This document shows positions 49,270 through 58,603 of a DNA stretch of 64,000 nucleotides, one piece after another. The notes below the pieces were generated by a model. It had not been told where the DNA came from and made no database searches. It was given only the letters and a program-made list of their open reading frames with translations. The position numbers were made by a program, and so were the translations under genes. Location: NCBI GenBank assembly GCA_032117235.1, contig JAULZW010000001.1, positions 10,762-74,761 of the forward strand. Direction: 5' to 3'. The stretch comes from Minisyncoccota bacterium (lineage in GTDB: Bacteria; Patescibacteriota; Minisyncoccia; SW-4-49-11). How positions within the stretch are numbered: position 1 is the first letter of the stretch; each line of letters starts with the position of its first letter.

Positions 49270-49803
49270 CTAAATGGAAGCAGTAGTCCAAATCTCCTCT
49301 ACATCATCTAATTCTTCGATGATTTCAATGATAGCTTCTAACTTTTCTCGAGCCTCTTCAGTAATTTTAGTCGGGATATTTACTTTATACTCTTGCTCTC
49401 TGACAATCTCCTCAAACATCCAAATCACTGATCCACTAGCCCCAAGACTACCCCCATTTTTGGATAAAAGATGACGTAAATCAGCCACAGTACGATTGCC
49501 ATTATCGGTATAGGTCTTGATCAGAAGCCCAACCCCCTCAGGACCAAATCCTTCATAAATCACAACTTGCCCATTTGTATTAGCAGCCTTTTCTAATATA
49601 CGATTAATATTGTCTTTTGGCATATTAACTTCTTTTGCCTTCTCGAGAGCTAAGCGGAGTTCTGGATTCATAGCAGGATCCGTAGAACCTTTGCGAGCCG
49701 CAATTTGAATAAGTTTTACCACTTTAGAAAAATTTTGAGCTTTGAGTTTATCTGTAGCAGCTTTTTTATGCTTAATTTTAGAAAATTTATTATGCCCAGC
49801 CAT
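49270..49803 (-). CDS. yebC: YebC/PmpR-family transcriptional regulator, a shortened 177-aa form.
   Basis: MAGHNKFSKIKHKKAATDKLKAQNFSKVVKLIQIAARKG..DP..NP.LR. Confidence 0.85.
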   Translation of the reverse strand: MAGHNKFSKIKHKKAATDKLKAQNFSKVVKLIQIAARKGSTDPAMNPELRLALEKAKEVNMPKDNINRILEKAANTNGQVVIYEGFGPEGVGLLIKTYTDNGNRTVADLRHLLSKNGGSLGASGSVIWMFEEIVREQEYKVNIPTKITEEAREKLEAIIEIIEELDDVEEIWTTASI

Positions 49804-49876
49804 AGCTTTATTATTACTTTACTAAGTATAATTATACCATAAAATTAGCTTATTTTCAAGGATTGGGGGGTGATTT

Positions 49877-49900
49877 ATCCTCCAAAGGAGGACAATTTTT
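49877..49900. repeat. Solo copy of the repeat-family terminal palindrome (ATCCTCCAAAGGAGGACAATTTT).
   Basis: TCCTCCAAAGGAGGA is a perfect palindrome matching the TIR module of elements A and B (CCTCCAAAGGGAGACAAAAT). Confidence 0.4.
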
Positions 49901-50024
49901 ATTCTGATTTGCTGTTATTAGACTGGGAATATATATCCTTTTGTCTACGATTTACTCATCTCGTACATAATATTGTGTGATTGAGAGAGAGGTGATATAC
50001 TAAAATTAGATTGAATATAATTGT

Positions 50025-50195
50025 ATGAATAAATCATCAAAACAAGTAAATCAAAATTCTAAAAAAAGCTATAGACCAGCTTATCATTTTGACGATGCTC
50101 TCAGAGCACTTACAGAAGATGTTAGAAAAATTATAGAAAAAGAAGAAAGAGAGCAAAATAAGATGGAATTATCTTATGGAGCAAATAAGAAATAA
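50025..50195 (+). CDS. Small ORF (56 aa), a candidate antitoxin overlapping the start of the downstream PIN gene.
   Basis: Translates as MNKSSKQVNQNSKKSYRPAYHFDDALRALTEDVRKIIEKEEREQNKMELSYGANKK. It overlaps the PIN start by 20 nt, as is typical of VapBC pairs. Confidence 0.35.
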   Translation: MNKSSKQVNQNSKKSYRPAYHFDDALRALTEDVRKIIEKEEREQNKMELSYGANKK

Positions 50196-50708
50196 ACATC
50201 TAATATTGGATACAAATTTGCTAATTAACATAGTAAAAAATACAGATATATTTTTAGATTTCACTAAAAAATTGAAAGCCTAAATGTAAAATCTGTAATA
50301 GATCAAAGTATTAAGTTTGAGTTTTTGAGAGGTTGTAGTACTAAAACAGATATACAGACAAAAGAAAAATGGCTAGATTATTTGTTGGGGTCTAATAGGA
50401 TGGAATTACCTGTAGATAAAAATATATTTGAAAAAGCTAGGCTTATATCTAATATATACTGTAGAAAAAACCCTAGATATCTAAAACAAATATCTTTTGG
50501 AGATTGTTTGATAGCAGCACAAATGCTTAAATATAATAACACTAGAGATTCACTTTATATAGCGACAATAGATAATAACGACTTTCCAACCTTTATATTT
50601 AATAGAGTAGAAATAATTACAATTTATGATGATAATAATATCTTTAATATAGGTATTTATGGGATTAATCAAAAGTCTTTTGCCGATAAAGAAAAAGATT
50701 TTATTTAG
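50176..50708 (+). pseudogene. PIN-domain (VapC-like) toxin gene disrupted by a frameshift.
   Basis: The N-terminal frame gives MEQIRNKHLILDTNLLINIVKNTDIFLDFTKKLKA and stops at 50281-50283. The remainder (...ISFGDCLIAAQMLKYNN...IATIDNNDF...) continues in another frame that opens at 50268. The conserved PIN Asp motifs are split between the two frames. Confidence 0.5.
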
Positions 50709-50732
50709 AGTTTTGTAATTAATAACTAAAGT

Positions 50733-50866
50733 ATAGGATGAGGTATCACGAAGTGGTTGGTGTAGATTGAGCCTTGCACCTTGGAGTTTCCATGGATGTT
50801 TTCCCTCTCGTGGGGTCGCCGACTCTAAGAAAAATAGAGGGATAAACTCTCCGCTACGAAAGTCCA
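50733..50866 (+). repeat. GC-rich structured repeat element, copy D (short and diverged).
   Basis: GGATGAGGTATCACGAAGTGGTTGGTGTAGA aligns with GGAGGAGGTGGCACGAAGTGCCGGTGGTGGA of copies A and B. Both base pairs of the hairpin are changed compensatorily (GGCAC/GTGCC becomes ATCAC/GTGGT). Confidence 0.4.
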
Positions 50867-50900
50867 CATATTTTCATAAAATATGATATAATAACAGTAT

Positions 50901-53477
50901 ATGAAGAAAAAAATTGTAATTCTAGATAGTAATGCGGTGATTCATAGGGCTTATCATGCTTTACCTCCTTTTACAACAGCGGAGGGAGTGATGGTGAATG
51001 CGGTATATGGATATGCTAAATTATTGTTAAAAGTTATCAAGGATATAAAGCCGGATATAGTATTAGCAGCTTTTGATGTGGCTGGAGGGACTTTTCGGCA
51101 TGAGCAATTTGATAATTATAAGGCAAATCGAGTGGCAGCAGATCAGGATTTGTATGATCAAATTCCTTTGGTGCAAGAATTAGTGCGAGGGCTCGATATC
51201 CCTGTTTTAGAGCTCGCAGGATATGAGGCTGATGATATTATTGGAACTATTGCCGAGCAAACCAATAAAAGCAAGAATGAATTGGTAATTGTGACGGGAG
51301 ATATGGATACTATGCAATTAGTAAAGCCGGGTATTTCAGTTTATACTCTTAGGAAAAGTATTAATGACACGGTAATCTTTGATACTGATGCAGTCATTGC
51401 AAAATATCAAATTAGGCCCGATCAAGTGAGAGATTTTAAAGGGTTAAAGGGTGATCCCTCCGATAATATTCCGGGAGTTCCTGGTATTGGGGATTTGCGA
51501 GCGGTGAATTTATTACATCGCTTTGAGACTTTAGAAAATATTTATATCTTTGTAGACAAATATGAAAATTTTGATGATATAGACAAAGATGACAGAGAGG
51601 CTTTGACCAAATCAATTTTTGCCAATCTGAAACAATATAAAGAACAAGCTTTTTTTAGTCGTGAGCTTGCGACAATTATATTGGATGCTCCCATTGGAGA
51701 TATTGTAAATGAGACTTTAGAATATCAATTCCCTGTAGAGCGGGCAAAAGAAACCTTTAAAAAATTTGAATTTTTCTCATTAGTAAAGGATTTGAATATT
51801 ATATTAGAAAAAGAAAAACCGAGTAAGGCTCAGGCAAGTTTTTGGAGTCAAGAAAATAAATCAATAGAATTAGAAAAGTCTATCAATACTCAATACGACT
51901 CTCTTGATGCATTAGTCTCTCAACCATTAGCCATATATCAAGCAGGAGAACATTATGCGGCAATAGATGCTGAGGGGCGGCGGGCTAAACTCAATGAAAA
52001 AGAACTCAGAGATTTGCTCTTAACCAATCAAATTCTTATTTGTGCTGATATAAAACCTATAATACGGAATTTATATCCTTTTGAACTTAAGGCTAATCTG
52101 CAGGATATTGTTTTGATGGCATATCTTATCAATCCTGGAGAGAGGCAATTATCTCTGGCGGCAGTGGCCTCAGCGTATGGAGTTGATTATCAGGAATCCT
52201 ATCCAGAAATGAGCTTGCATAGCCTATATACTATTATTCTTGAGAAGATGAAACCTCAGCATATTGAGGAGGTATACAATACAATTGAGAGACCATTATT
52301 GCCGGTGCTTGCTCGTATGGAAGCCATTGGGGTATTATTTGATACTGACAAACTTCAAAGCACTAAAGATTTTGTGGAGAATAAAATCAAAGATTTGACT
52401 CAGAAAATTTATAGTATAGCTGGAGAGGAATTCAATCTTAATTCCCCCAAACAATTATCTCAAATATTATTCACCAAATTAGCCTTATCTCCAAAAGGGG
52501 TAAAGAAAACTGGAGGAGGACAAATTTCCACCTCAGCGGATGCTCTGGAGTCAATGCGAGCAGAATTTGAAATTGTGGATTTAATTTTGCAATATCGGGA
52601 AGTTGCTAAACTTAAGTCTACCTATATTGATAGTCTACCCCTGATGATGGATAAAAAAGGCCGTATACATACCAGTTATCAGCAAAATATTGCAGCCACT
52701 GGAAGGCTTTCATCCATTGATCCAAATCTTCAGAATATCCCTGCTCGTAGTGAACTTGGTCGCCAAATTAAACAATGTTTTGTTGCTCCTAAAAACTGGA
52801 CATTATTAGCCTGTGATTATTCTCAAATAGAATTACGACTAGCCGCTCATCTGGCTCAGGACAAAGCAATGCTAGAGATTTTTAGTCAGGATCAAGATTT
52901 TCATACAGCCACAGCTCAGCGAGTATATGGAGTAAACCCGGAAGACATTACCAAAGAAATGCGTACTTTTGCCAAGACTATTAATTTTGGAATTTTATAT
53001 GGAATGGGAGCGGTAAGTCTTGCTCGCAATCTCAAAATTAGTCGTACCGAAGCGCAGGAATTCTTGGCTCGTTATCGAGAGGCTTATCCGGAACTGCATG
53101 AATATATGGAATCCTTGAAGCAATTTGCACGCCAACATGGATATGCTCAAACTGAATATGGAAGAATTCGGGATTTATCCAATATCGATATTAGAAATCC
53201 AAGAAACCAGGCTCTTTTAGAGAGAATAGCAGTAAATATGCCTATACAAGGCTTGCAGGCAGATATAATTAAATTGGCTATGATTCAGATTGATGAATAT
53301 CTAGCAGATAAAGATGATATTTATATGATTTTACAAGTCCATGATGAATTGGTTTTTGAGGTCACAAAAGACAAAGCAGAAATATATAAAGACAAAATTC
53401 TCAATATTATGGAATCAGTATATAAAGCTAGTATTCCAATTAAAGTTGGAGTAACTATCAAAGATTATTGGGGTTAA
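50901..53477 (+). CDS. polA: DNA polymerase I.
   Basis: 858 aa with an N-terminal 5'-3' exonuclease domain and C-terminal polymerase motifs (...DYSQIELR..., ...QVHDELVFE...). Confidence 0.95.
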   Translation: MKKKIVILDSNAVIHRAYHALPPFTTAEGVMVNAVYGYAKLLLKVIKDIKPDIVLAAFDVAGGTFRHEQFDNYKANRVAADQDLYDQIPLVQELVRGLDIPVLELAGYEADDIIGTIAEQTNKSKNELVIVTGDMDTMQLVKPGISVYTLRKSINDTVIFDTDAVIAKYQIRPDQVRDFKGLKGDPSDNIPGVPGIGDLRAVNLLHRFETLENIYIFVDKYENFDDIDKDDREALTKSIFANLKQYKEQAFFSRELATIILDAPIGDIVNETLEYQFPVERAKETFKKFEFFSLVKDLNIILEKEKPSKAQASFWSQENKSIELEKSINTQYDSLDALVSQPLAIYQAGEHYAAIDAEGRRAKLNEKELRDLLLTNQILICADIKPIIRNLYPFELKANLQDIVLMAYLINPGERQLSLAAVASAYGVDYQESYPEMSLHSLYTIILEKMKPQHIEEVYNTIERPLLPVLARMEAIGVLFDTDKLQSTKDFVENKIKDLTQKIYSIAGEEFNLNSPKQLSQILFTKLALSPKGVKKTGGGQISTSADALESMRAEFEIVDLILQYREVAKLKSTYIDSLPLMMDKKGRIHTSYQQNIAATGRLSSIDPNLQNIPARSELGRQIKQCFVAPKNWTLLACDYSQIELRLAAHLAQDKAMLEIFSQDQDFHTATAQRVYGVNPEDITKEMRTFAKTINFGILYGMGAVSLARNLKISRTEAQEFLARYREAYPELHEYMESLKQFARQHGYAQTEYGRIRDLSNIDIRNPRNQALLERIAVNMPIQGLQADIIKLAMIQIDEYLADKDDIYMILQVHDELVFEVTKDKAEIYKDKILNIMESVYKASIPIKVGVTIKDYWG

Positions 53478-54040
53478 TTAGTGACTTTTTCTTCGTAAAT
53501 CCCAGTTTCCGTATTAATACGAATTTTATCTCCTTGATTGATAAACATCGGAACTTTTACCTCTAAGCCTGTTTCTAATTTTACTACTTTTACGGCAGCA
53601 TCTACGGTATTACCTTTAATAGCAGGTACGGCTTCGGTTACTTCTAGCACAACTTTTGGAGGTAAATTGATAGTAATTGGTTCACCATTATAAGTTACAA
53701 TTTTGACTTTAGCGCCTTCTTGTAAATATCCAATAGTATTCTCACCTAAAGTCTCAGTATCAAAAGCATATTGCTCAAAACTTCTCTCATCCATAAAATG
53801 ATATCCCTCAGAATCATTATACAAATACTCGGCATATGATTCAGCAATATCAGCTTCTGGGAACATATCTGATTGTTTAAAATTACGCTCTTGGGTATTC
53901 TGGGTTAATAGATTACGCATTTTGACGGTAAGTACGGAACCTGCCCGTCCTTTTTTCGCTAATTGGCTAAATAAAATTAAATAAGGGGTTCCATCAACCA
54001 CAATAATTTTACCTTTTTTAATATCTGAAATTGAAAGCAT
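53474..54040 (-). CDS. efp: Elongation factor P.
   Basis: MLSISDIKKGKIIVVDGTPYLILFSQLAKKGRAGSVLTVKMRNL. Confidence 0.9.
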   Translation of the reverse strand: MLSISDIKKGKIIVVDGTPYLILFSQLAKKGRAGSVLTVKMRNLLTQNTQERNFKQSDMFPEADIAESYAEYLYNDSEGYHFMDERSFEQYAFDTETLGENTIGYLQEGAKVKIVTYNGEPITINLPPKVVLEVTEAVPAIKGNTVDAAVKVVKLETGLEVKVPMFINQGDKIRINTETGIYEEKVTN

Positions 54041-54158
54041 AGAATATTTCTTATATAACTTTCATATTATATGCCAAGGAGTTATAAAATGCAATAAAAG
54101 GCCGATTTATATATGAGAGTTATAGAATGCATAACCACTCTAAGTAATGACATAATTT

Positions 54159-54665
54159 TTACTTACCCCTCCAACCTTTGATCACAAATTTATAATATCT
54201 ATAAATCCAAGCACCGTATAATATGGTGAGTATAATATAAAATAATCTTAGATAAATCCAATATTTGGGGTCAAAGTTTTCGCGGAATACTAAGCCGAAA
54301 GGATACCAAGTTTCTCGGTCTAGATAATTTATGGCGAAATAATTTTGAATTGAGGTAATAAGACAACCTCCAAATAAGCTCTGAGACATTGCTACACTAA
54401 AGGTGAAACTCAAAATTAAAAGTTTGATATAAAATATAAACTTCTCAGATTTATTCTGGGGTATTATATTACGATCTGGGAAAATTTTGGGTTCTAACAA
54501 AATATATAAAGCAATAATCCAAAATATAATCCAATAAGTTGGATTGTGAATTATATCTATCCACTGATTGATTTTTAAGGCAGTTTGGCTATCCATAAAA
54601 TATAATAAATTTGCCAGAACTGTTTGTATTATAGCAATTTTATGTGATTTGTGTAAGGGGGTCAA
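54159..54665 (-). CDS. Hypothetical membrane protein.
   Basis: 168-aa ORF with four hydrophobic helices. Confidence 0.45.
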   Translation of the reverse strand: MTPLHKSHKIAIIQTVLANLLYFMDSQTALKINQWIDIIHNPTYWIIFWIIALYILLEPKIFPDRNIIPQNKSEKFIFYIKLLILSFTFSVAMSQSLFGGCLITSIQNYFAINYLDRETWYPFGLVFRENFDPKYWIYLRLFYIILTILYGAWIYRYYKFVIKGWRGK

Positions 54666-55032
54666 AATAAATCATAAGCTGGTCCCTACTATAGGAGTGC
54701 TAGAGAATTTAATTTATAAATTTTTACATTATAAAAGAAAAAAGATCAGCTCATGGTGAGGTGATCTTGTTAGTCAAGAAATCTGAGGTTTGCTTTTTTT
54801 GGGAGTGTTTGGCCTTCACTTTTAGCTGTAATCTCCAACACAGATGAGTTTGAGGTTGATTTTCTGGATTCTATTTTTGACTTAGCTCGAGCAATACGAT
54901 CATCTAGAGTATCAAGATCTACATCCAAAGCCACCTTTGTTTACCTCAAAAACAACTATAAAATATTATCATAATCTTAAATTCAAATCAAGATATGTTA
55001 TAATAAAAATAATAGTTAATAATTTAAAATCG

Positions 55033-56223
55033 ATGAAACATTATAATTATATTATTATTGGAGCGGGGATTGCGGGGACTAATGGGGCTATTACTATTAG
55101 AAAAGAAGCTTCAGAGGCTAGTATTGTCTTGATTGGGGAGGAGCAGTATCCAGTTTATTCTCGGGTTAATATTGGTAAAGTAGCTTCTGGGGCAAAGTCT
55201 CCAGATGAGTTATTATTAAAGACTGAGGAGCAGTTTCAAAAACAGAATATTGATAGAATTATTGCCAGAGTCAAAAGTTTGAATTCTACGAATAAGACTA
55301 TTACCTTAGATAATGGAGAAGTGCTTGGTTATGATAAGGTTCTGGTTGCTACAGGTGGGCGGGCTCGGCGATTATCGCAAGCAGGATCAGATTTGAAGGG
55401 GGTATTTGCTTTTCAGACTTTGGATGATGCGATTGGAGTGAGGGATTATATTCAGGATAAAAATAAAATTACTATTGTTGGAGGTGGTTTTATTGGGATT
55501 GAATTTGTAGAATTATTGTTTAATTTAGGTAAGGAAGTGACTTTAATTATTCGAGATAAATGGTATTGGCAAGGTATGATTGACCAAATTGGGGGAAATA
55601 TCTTGAATGAATATTTATCTAAGCGGGCAAAAGTTTATTATGAAAGTGAGACTAAAGAAATCCGGAGCAATAAAGAGGGTGAAATTAGTGAAATTGAGTT
55701 AAATTCTGGTGATATTATACCTACTGAGGCTATGTGTGTGGGGATTGGTTTAGAATTAAATAAGGATTTCTTGCCATTAGAGCTATGTAATCGTGGGCTG
55801 AAAGTAAATCAGTATTTGAGGAGTGAGGATGAAAGTATTTTTGGAGCAGGAGATATTATTGAGTATTATGATGTTTTGGAAAAACAATATACCGGTTCTG
55901 GTACTTGGGCTCAGGCTTCTATACAAGGTATGATAGCTGGATATAATATGGTTCATAGTGAGGTGATGAAGGACTTTAGTTTAATCACAGCTTATTGTCC
56001 TAAAACCAGTCTGGCAATTGCTTTTGTTGGACAATGTAGATTAAATGCTCAGACTATGCAGTCAGTGGTGATAGAGCAGGGTGAGCGATATGTGCAAGTC
56101 AATACCAATGCTAAGGGTGAAATTGTGGGTGGGGTGGTAATAGGAGATTCAGCGTATATGGCCACTATTAGAAAGTGGGTATTAGAAAGATTAAAACTAG
56201 AGAATATTATAATTAAATTATAG
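55033..56223 (+). CDS. FAD/NAD(P)-dependent pyridine nucleotide-disulfide family oxidoreductase. The start is taken at MKHYNYIIIGAG; the ORF track extends upstream to 54937.
   Basis: GxGxxG FAD motif IIIGAGIAGTNGA and a second Rossmann fold ITIVGGGFIGIE. Confidence 0.8.
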   Translation: MKHYNYIIIGAGIAGTNGAITIRKEASEASIVLIGEEQYPVYSRVNIGKVASGAKSPDELLLKTEEQFQKQNIDRIIARVKSLNSTNKTITLDNGEVLGYDKVLVATGGRARRLSQAGSDLKGVFAFQTLDDAIGVRDYIQDKNKITIVGGGFIGIEFVELLFNLGKEVTLIIRDKWYWQGMIDQIGGNILNEYLSKRAKVYYESETKEIRSNKEGEISEIELNSGDIIPTEAMCVGIGLELNKDFLPLELCNRGLKVNQYLRSEDESIFGAGDIIEYYDVLEKQYTGSGTWAQASIQGMIAGYNMVHSEVMKDFSLITAYCPKTSLAIAFVGQCRLNAQTMQSVVIEQGERYVQVNTNAKGEIVGGVVIGDSAYMATIRKWVLERLKLENIIIKL

Positions 56224-56354
56224 CTTTTGTTATAAATTGACAAAACTTATTTAGTTTTGTAATGAACAATTTGTTATAATTACTAGCAACGGTAAATTTT
56301 TTATGTTTTATATGCTATAATAGATATATATGTAATTCAATAATAATAAATTTT

Positions 56355-57935
56355 GTGACGGGGAAGCAATTAGATACTTATTTTAAAGATATTATACGAG
56401 AGAGGGGAACAAGAGCCTTATATAGTATTCAGGTTTTTCTAGCTCATACTAAACCCTCTTATAGACAGGCTTCTCTTAGAGCTTTGATTAGTTTTGAATG
56501 GGATAGGGTAAATGATTTAATCACACCTTTATTACAAGACTCATCTGTCGTGGTCAAAAAAGAGGCTATTCGAACTTTAGCTCATTTTCCAGAAGGTAAA
56601 TTATATTTAGAAGTTAATCATCAAAATATTCCAGATGATTTAGCTCAATATGCTGATATTAAAGTTAAAACTCCAGCTATGCCCTCAACAGTATTGGGGG
56701 TCTACGATTTTATTCAGCAAATTAATTCAATTATTGGCGAGCAAACTGTACATATTGAAGGTGAAGTATCTGCTTTTCAGATGTCTAGCTTTGCTAATAA
56801 TCAATGGGTTTTTTTTGATCTAAAGGATGAGCAAAAAGAAGCTAAAATTAGATGTTTTACTACAGTTGCAAATTTAAGAAAATCTAGAATTTCTCCAGTT
56901 GATGGGATGCGAATTATTATTACCGGAAAACCAAGGTTGTCTCCTAAATCTGGTATTTTTAGTGTAATGGTAGACACTTTAGTAGTATCTGGGGAAGGTG
57001 AGCTTGCTAAGTCTTTTGAATTATTAAGACAAAAATTAGAATTGGAAGGTTTATTTAGTGAGGCTAGAAAGAGAGAAATCCCTTATATGCCCAAATCAAT
57101 TGGAATTATTACTTCTCAAGACGCAGCTGCCTATAAAGATTTTATGAAGGTTTTAGGGGCTAGGATGGGGGGATTGGAACTATATTTTAACCATGCTCAA
57201 GTTCAAGGGGAAAGGGCGGTGGATAGTATTATTGAAGCAATTGAAAATTTGAATACTTATGCAGAAATAGAGGTTATTGTTTTGACTAGAGGTGGAGGAG
57301 CTATGGATGATTTACATGCTTTTAATGATGAATCAGTGGCAAGAGCTATTTATGCTTCTAACAAGCCTATTATTTCGGCTATAGGTCATGAGAGAGACTT
57401 TACGATTGCGGATTTTGTAGCTGATATGAGAGCTTCTACCCCTTCTAATGCAGCAGAATTATTAACTCCACATCGAGATGAATTACTATCTAGAGTTTTG
57501 CAAAAGGAGCAAACATTACAAACTAGTATACAATATCAAATGCAAGTTCTAGAAAGTAATATAGATAAAAACTTACATATATTAGATCTATATATACGAC
57601 ATATCTCAGACCAAGTTAGACTTACAATTCAAAAACTAGAGTATTTAACAATTAAAAAATTAAATGAAATTCAGCAATATCAAAATCAAATTTCTAATAG
57701 TGTACATAATTTGAAAACTTTAATATCTACTATTGTATCTCAATCTCAGAATAAAATGGATTTATTATATTCTAAATTGTCAGCTTTTGATCCTCAATCA
57801 ATTTTAAAAAAAGGCTATAGTATTACTAAAATTTATGATAGAATTATCACAGACAGTAGTCAACTTAAAGATGGTGATATTATTACAACTCAGTTTCATA
57901 ATGGTAAAATAAATAGCATAGTCACCAAAAAATAA
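56355..57935 (+). CDS. xseA: Exodeoxyribonuclease VII large subunit (XseA) with an in-frame N-terminal extension of about 110 aa that looks like a HEAT repeat. The canonical XseA start would be about 56682.
   Basis: From MPSTVLGVYDFIQQIN..., the OB-fold and catalytic domain (RGGGAMDDLHAFNDESVARAI, GHERDFTIADFVAD) are typical of XseA. The upstream in-frame segment begins at a GTG and contains LRALISFEWDRVNDLITPLLQDSSVVVKKEAIRTLAHF. Confidence 0.8.
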   Translation: MTGKQLDTYFKDIIRERGTRALYSIQVFLAHTKPSYRQASLRALISFEWDRVNDLITPLLQDSSVVVKKEAIRTLAHFPEGKLYLEVNHQNIPDDLAQYADIKVKTPAMPSTVLGVYDFIQQINSIIGEQTVHIEGEVSAFQMSSFANNQWVFFDLKDEQKEAKIRCFTTVANLRKSRISPVDGMRIIITGKPRLSPKSGIFSVMVDTLVVSGEGELAKSFELLRQKLELEGLFSEARKREIPYMPKSIGIITSQDAAAYKDFMKVLGARMGGLELYFNHAQVQGERAVDSIIEAIENLNTYAEIEVIVLTRGGGAMDDLHAFNDESVARAIYASNKPIISAIGHERDFTIADFVADMRASTPSNAAELLTPHRDELLSRVLQKEQTLQTSIQYQMQVLESNIDKNLHILDLYIRHISDQVRLTIQKLEYLTIKKLNEIQQYQNQISNSVHNLKTLISTIVSQSQNKMDLLYSKLSAFDPQSILKKGYSITKIYDRIITDSSQLKDGDIITTQFHNGKINSIVTKK

Positions 57936-57936
57936 T

Positions 57937-58230
57937 ATGCGAATAAATACAGTCTTACAAAAAAAATATCCAGTTAGCTCGGATATGTATAATAAAATTG
58001 AGAGTACTAAAGTTTGTATGTTGTATAATGAATTGGTACAGACTACTTTTGAGATGTTAAAGTTGTCAGAAGCTGTGTCTATTCAAAATGGGTCTCTTGC
58101 AATAGTTGTGAACTCTCATTATGAAGCTCAAAAAATAAAACTATATGAATTTGATATTATTCAAAACTTAAATCAAACCATTGATACTTTAAAGTTTCAA
58201 GTCCAAAGATTACAAATTAGAATTAGATGA
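57937..58230 (+). CDS. Hypothetical small protein. It sits where xseB would be expected but is not recognisably XseB.
   Basis: 97-aa ORF directly after xseA. Confidence 0.4.
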   Translation: MRINTVLQKKYPVSSDMYNKIESTKVCMLYNELVQTTFEMLKLSEAVSIQNGSLAIVVNSHYEAQKIKLYEFDIIQNLNQTIDTLKFQVQRLQIRIR

Positions 58231-58601
58231 AACAAGTTATTAAGTTTAAACAAAAATTTATTCTACAAATAGCCTATAATAGCTTGGTTAGTATATTCTG
58301 TATTGGAATTTTATTAATTATATTGAGAATACAAACTAAATATTCAGGAACTTTAATTAATTTGAGATCTAGCTTTTATGATGGAGTAACAGTTATTGGC
58401 TCTCCTACTAATGTTTGGCAATACTTAGTTTATGCTATTGTCTTTAGTATGCTCAATGGATTTTCAATTTGGTATGTTAAAAAAAGGTTTACTAAACCAG
58501 AAATTCAAGATATAATAGTTTACTGGATATTTTGTTCCAGCATTTTAAGTTTAATTCTATTAGTCTTTTATTTACTTTTGGTTTTGAGTATAAACAGTTA
58601 A
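58227..58601 (+). CDS. Hypothetical membrane protein.
   Basis: 124-aa ORF with three hydrophobic helices. Confidence 0.4.
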   Translation: MKQVIKFKQKFILQIAYNSLVSIFCIGILLIILRIQTKYSGTLINLRSSFYDGVTVIGSPTNVWQYLVYAIVFSMLNGFSIWYVKKRFTKPEIQDIIVYWIFCSSILSLILLVFYLLLVLSINS

Positions 58602-58603
58602 TT

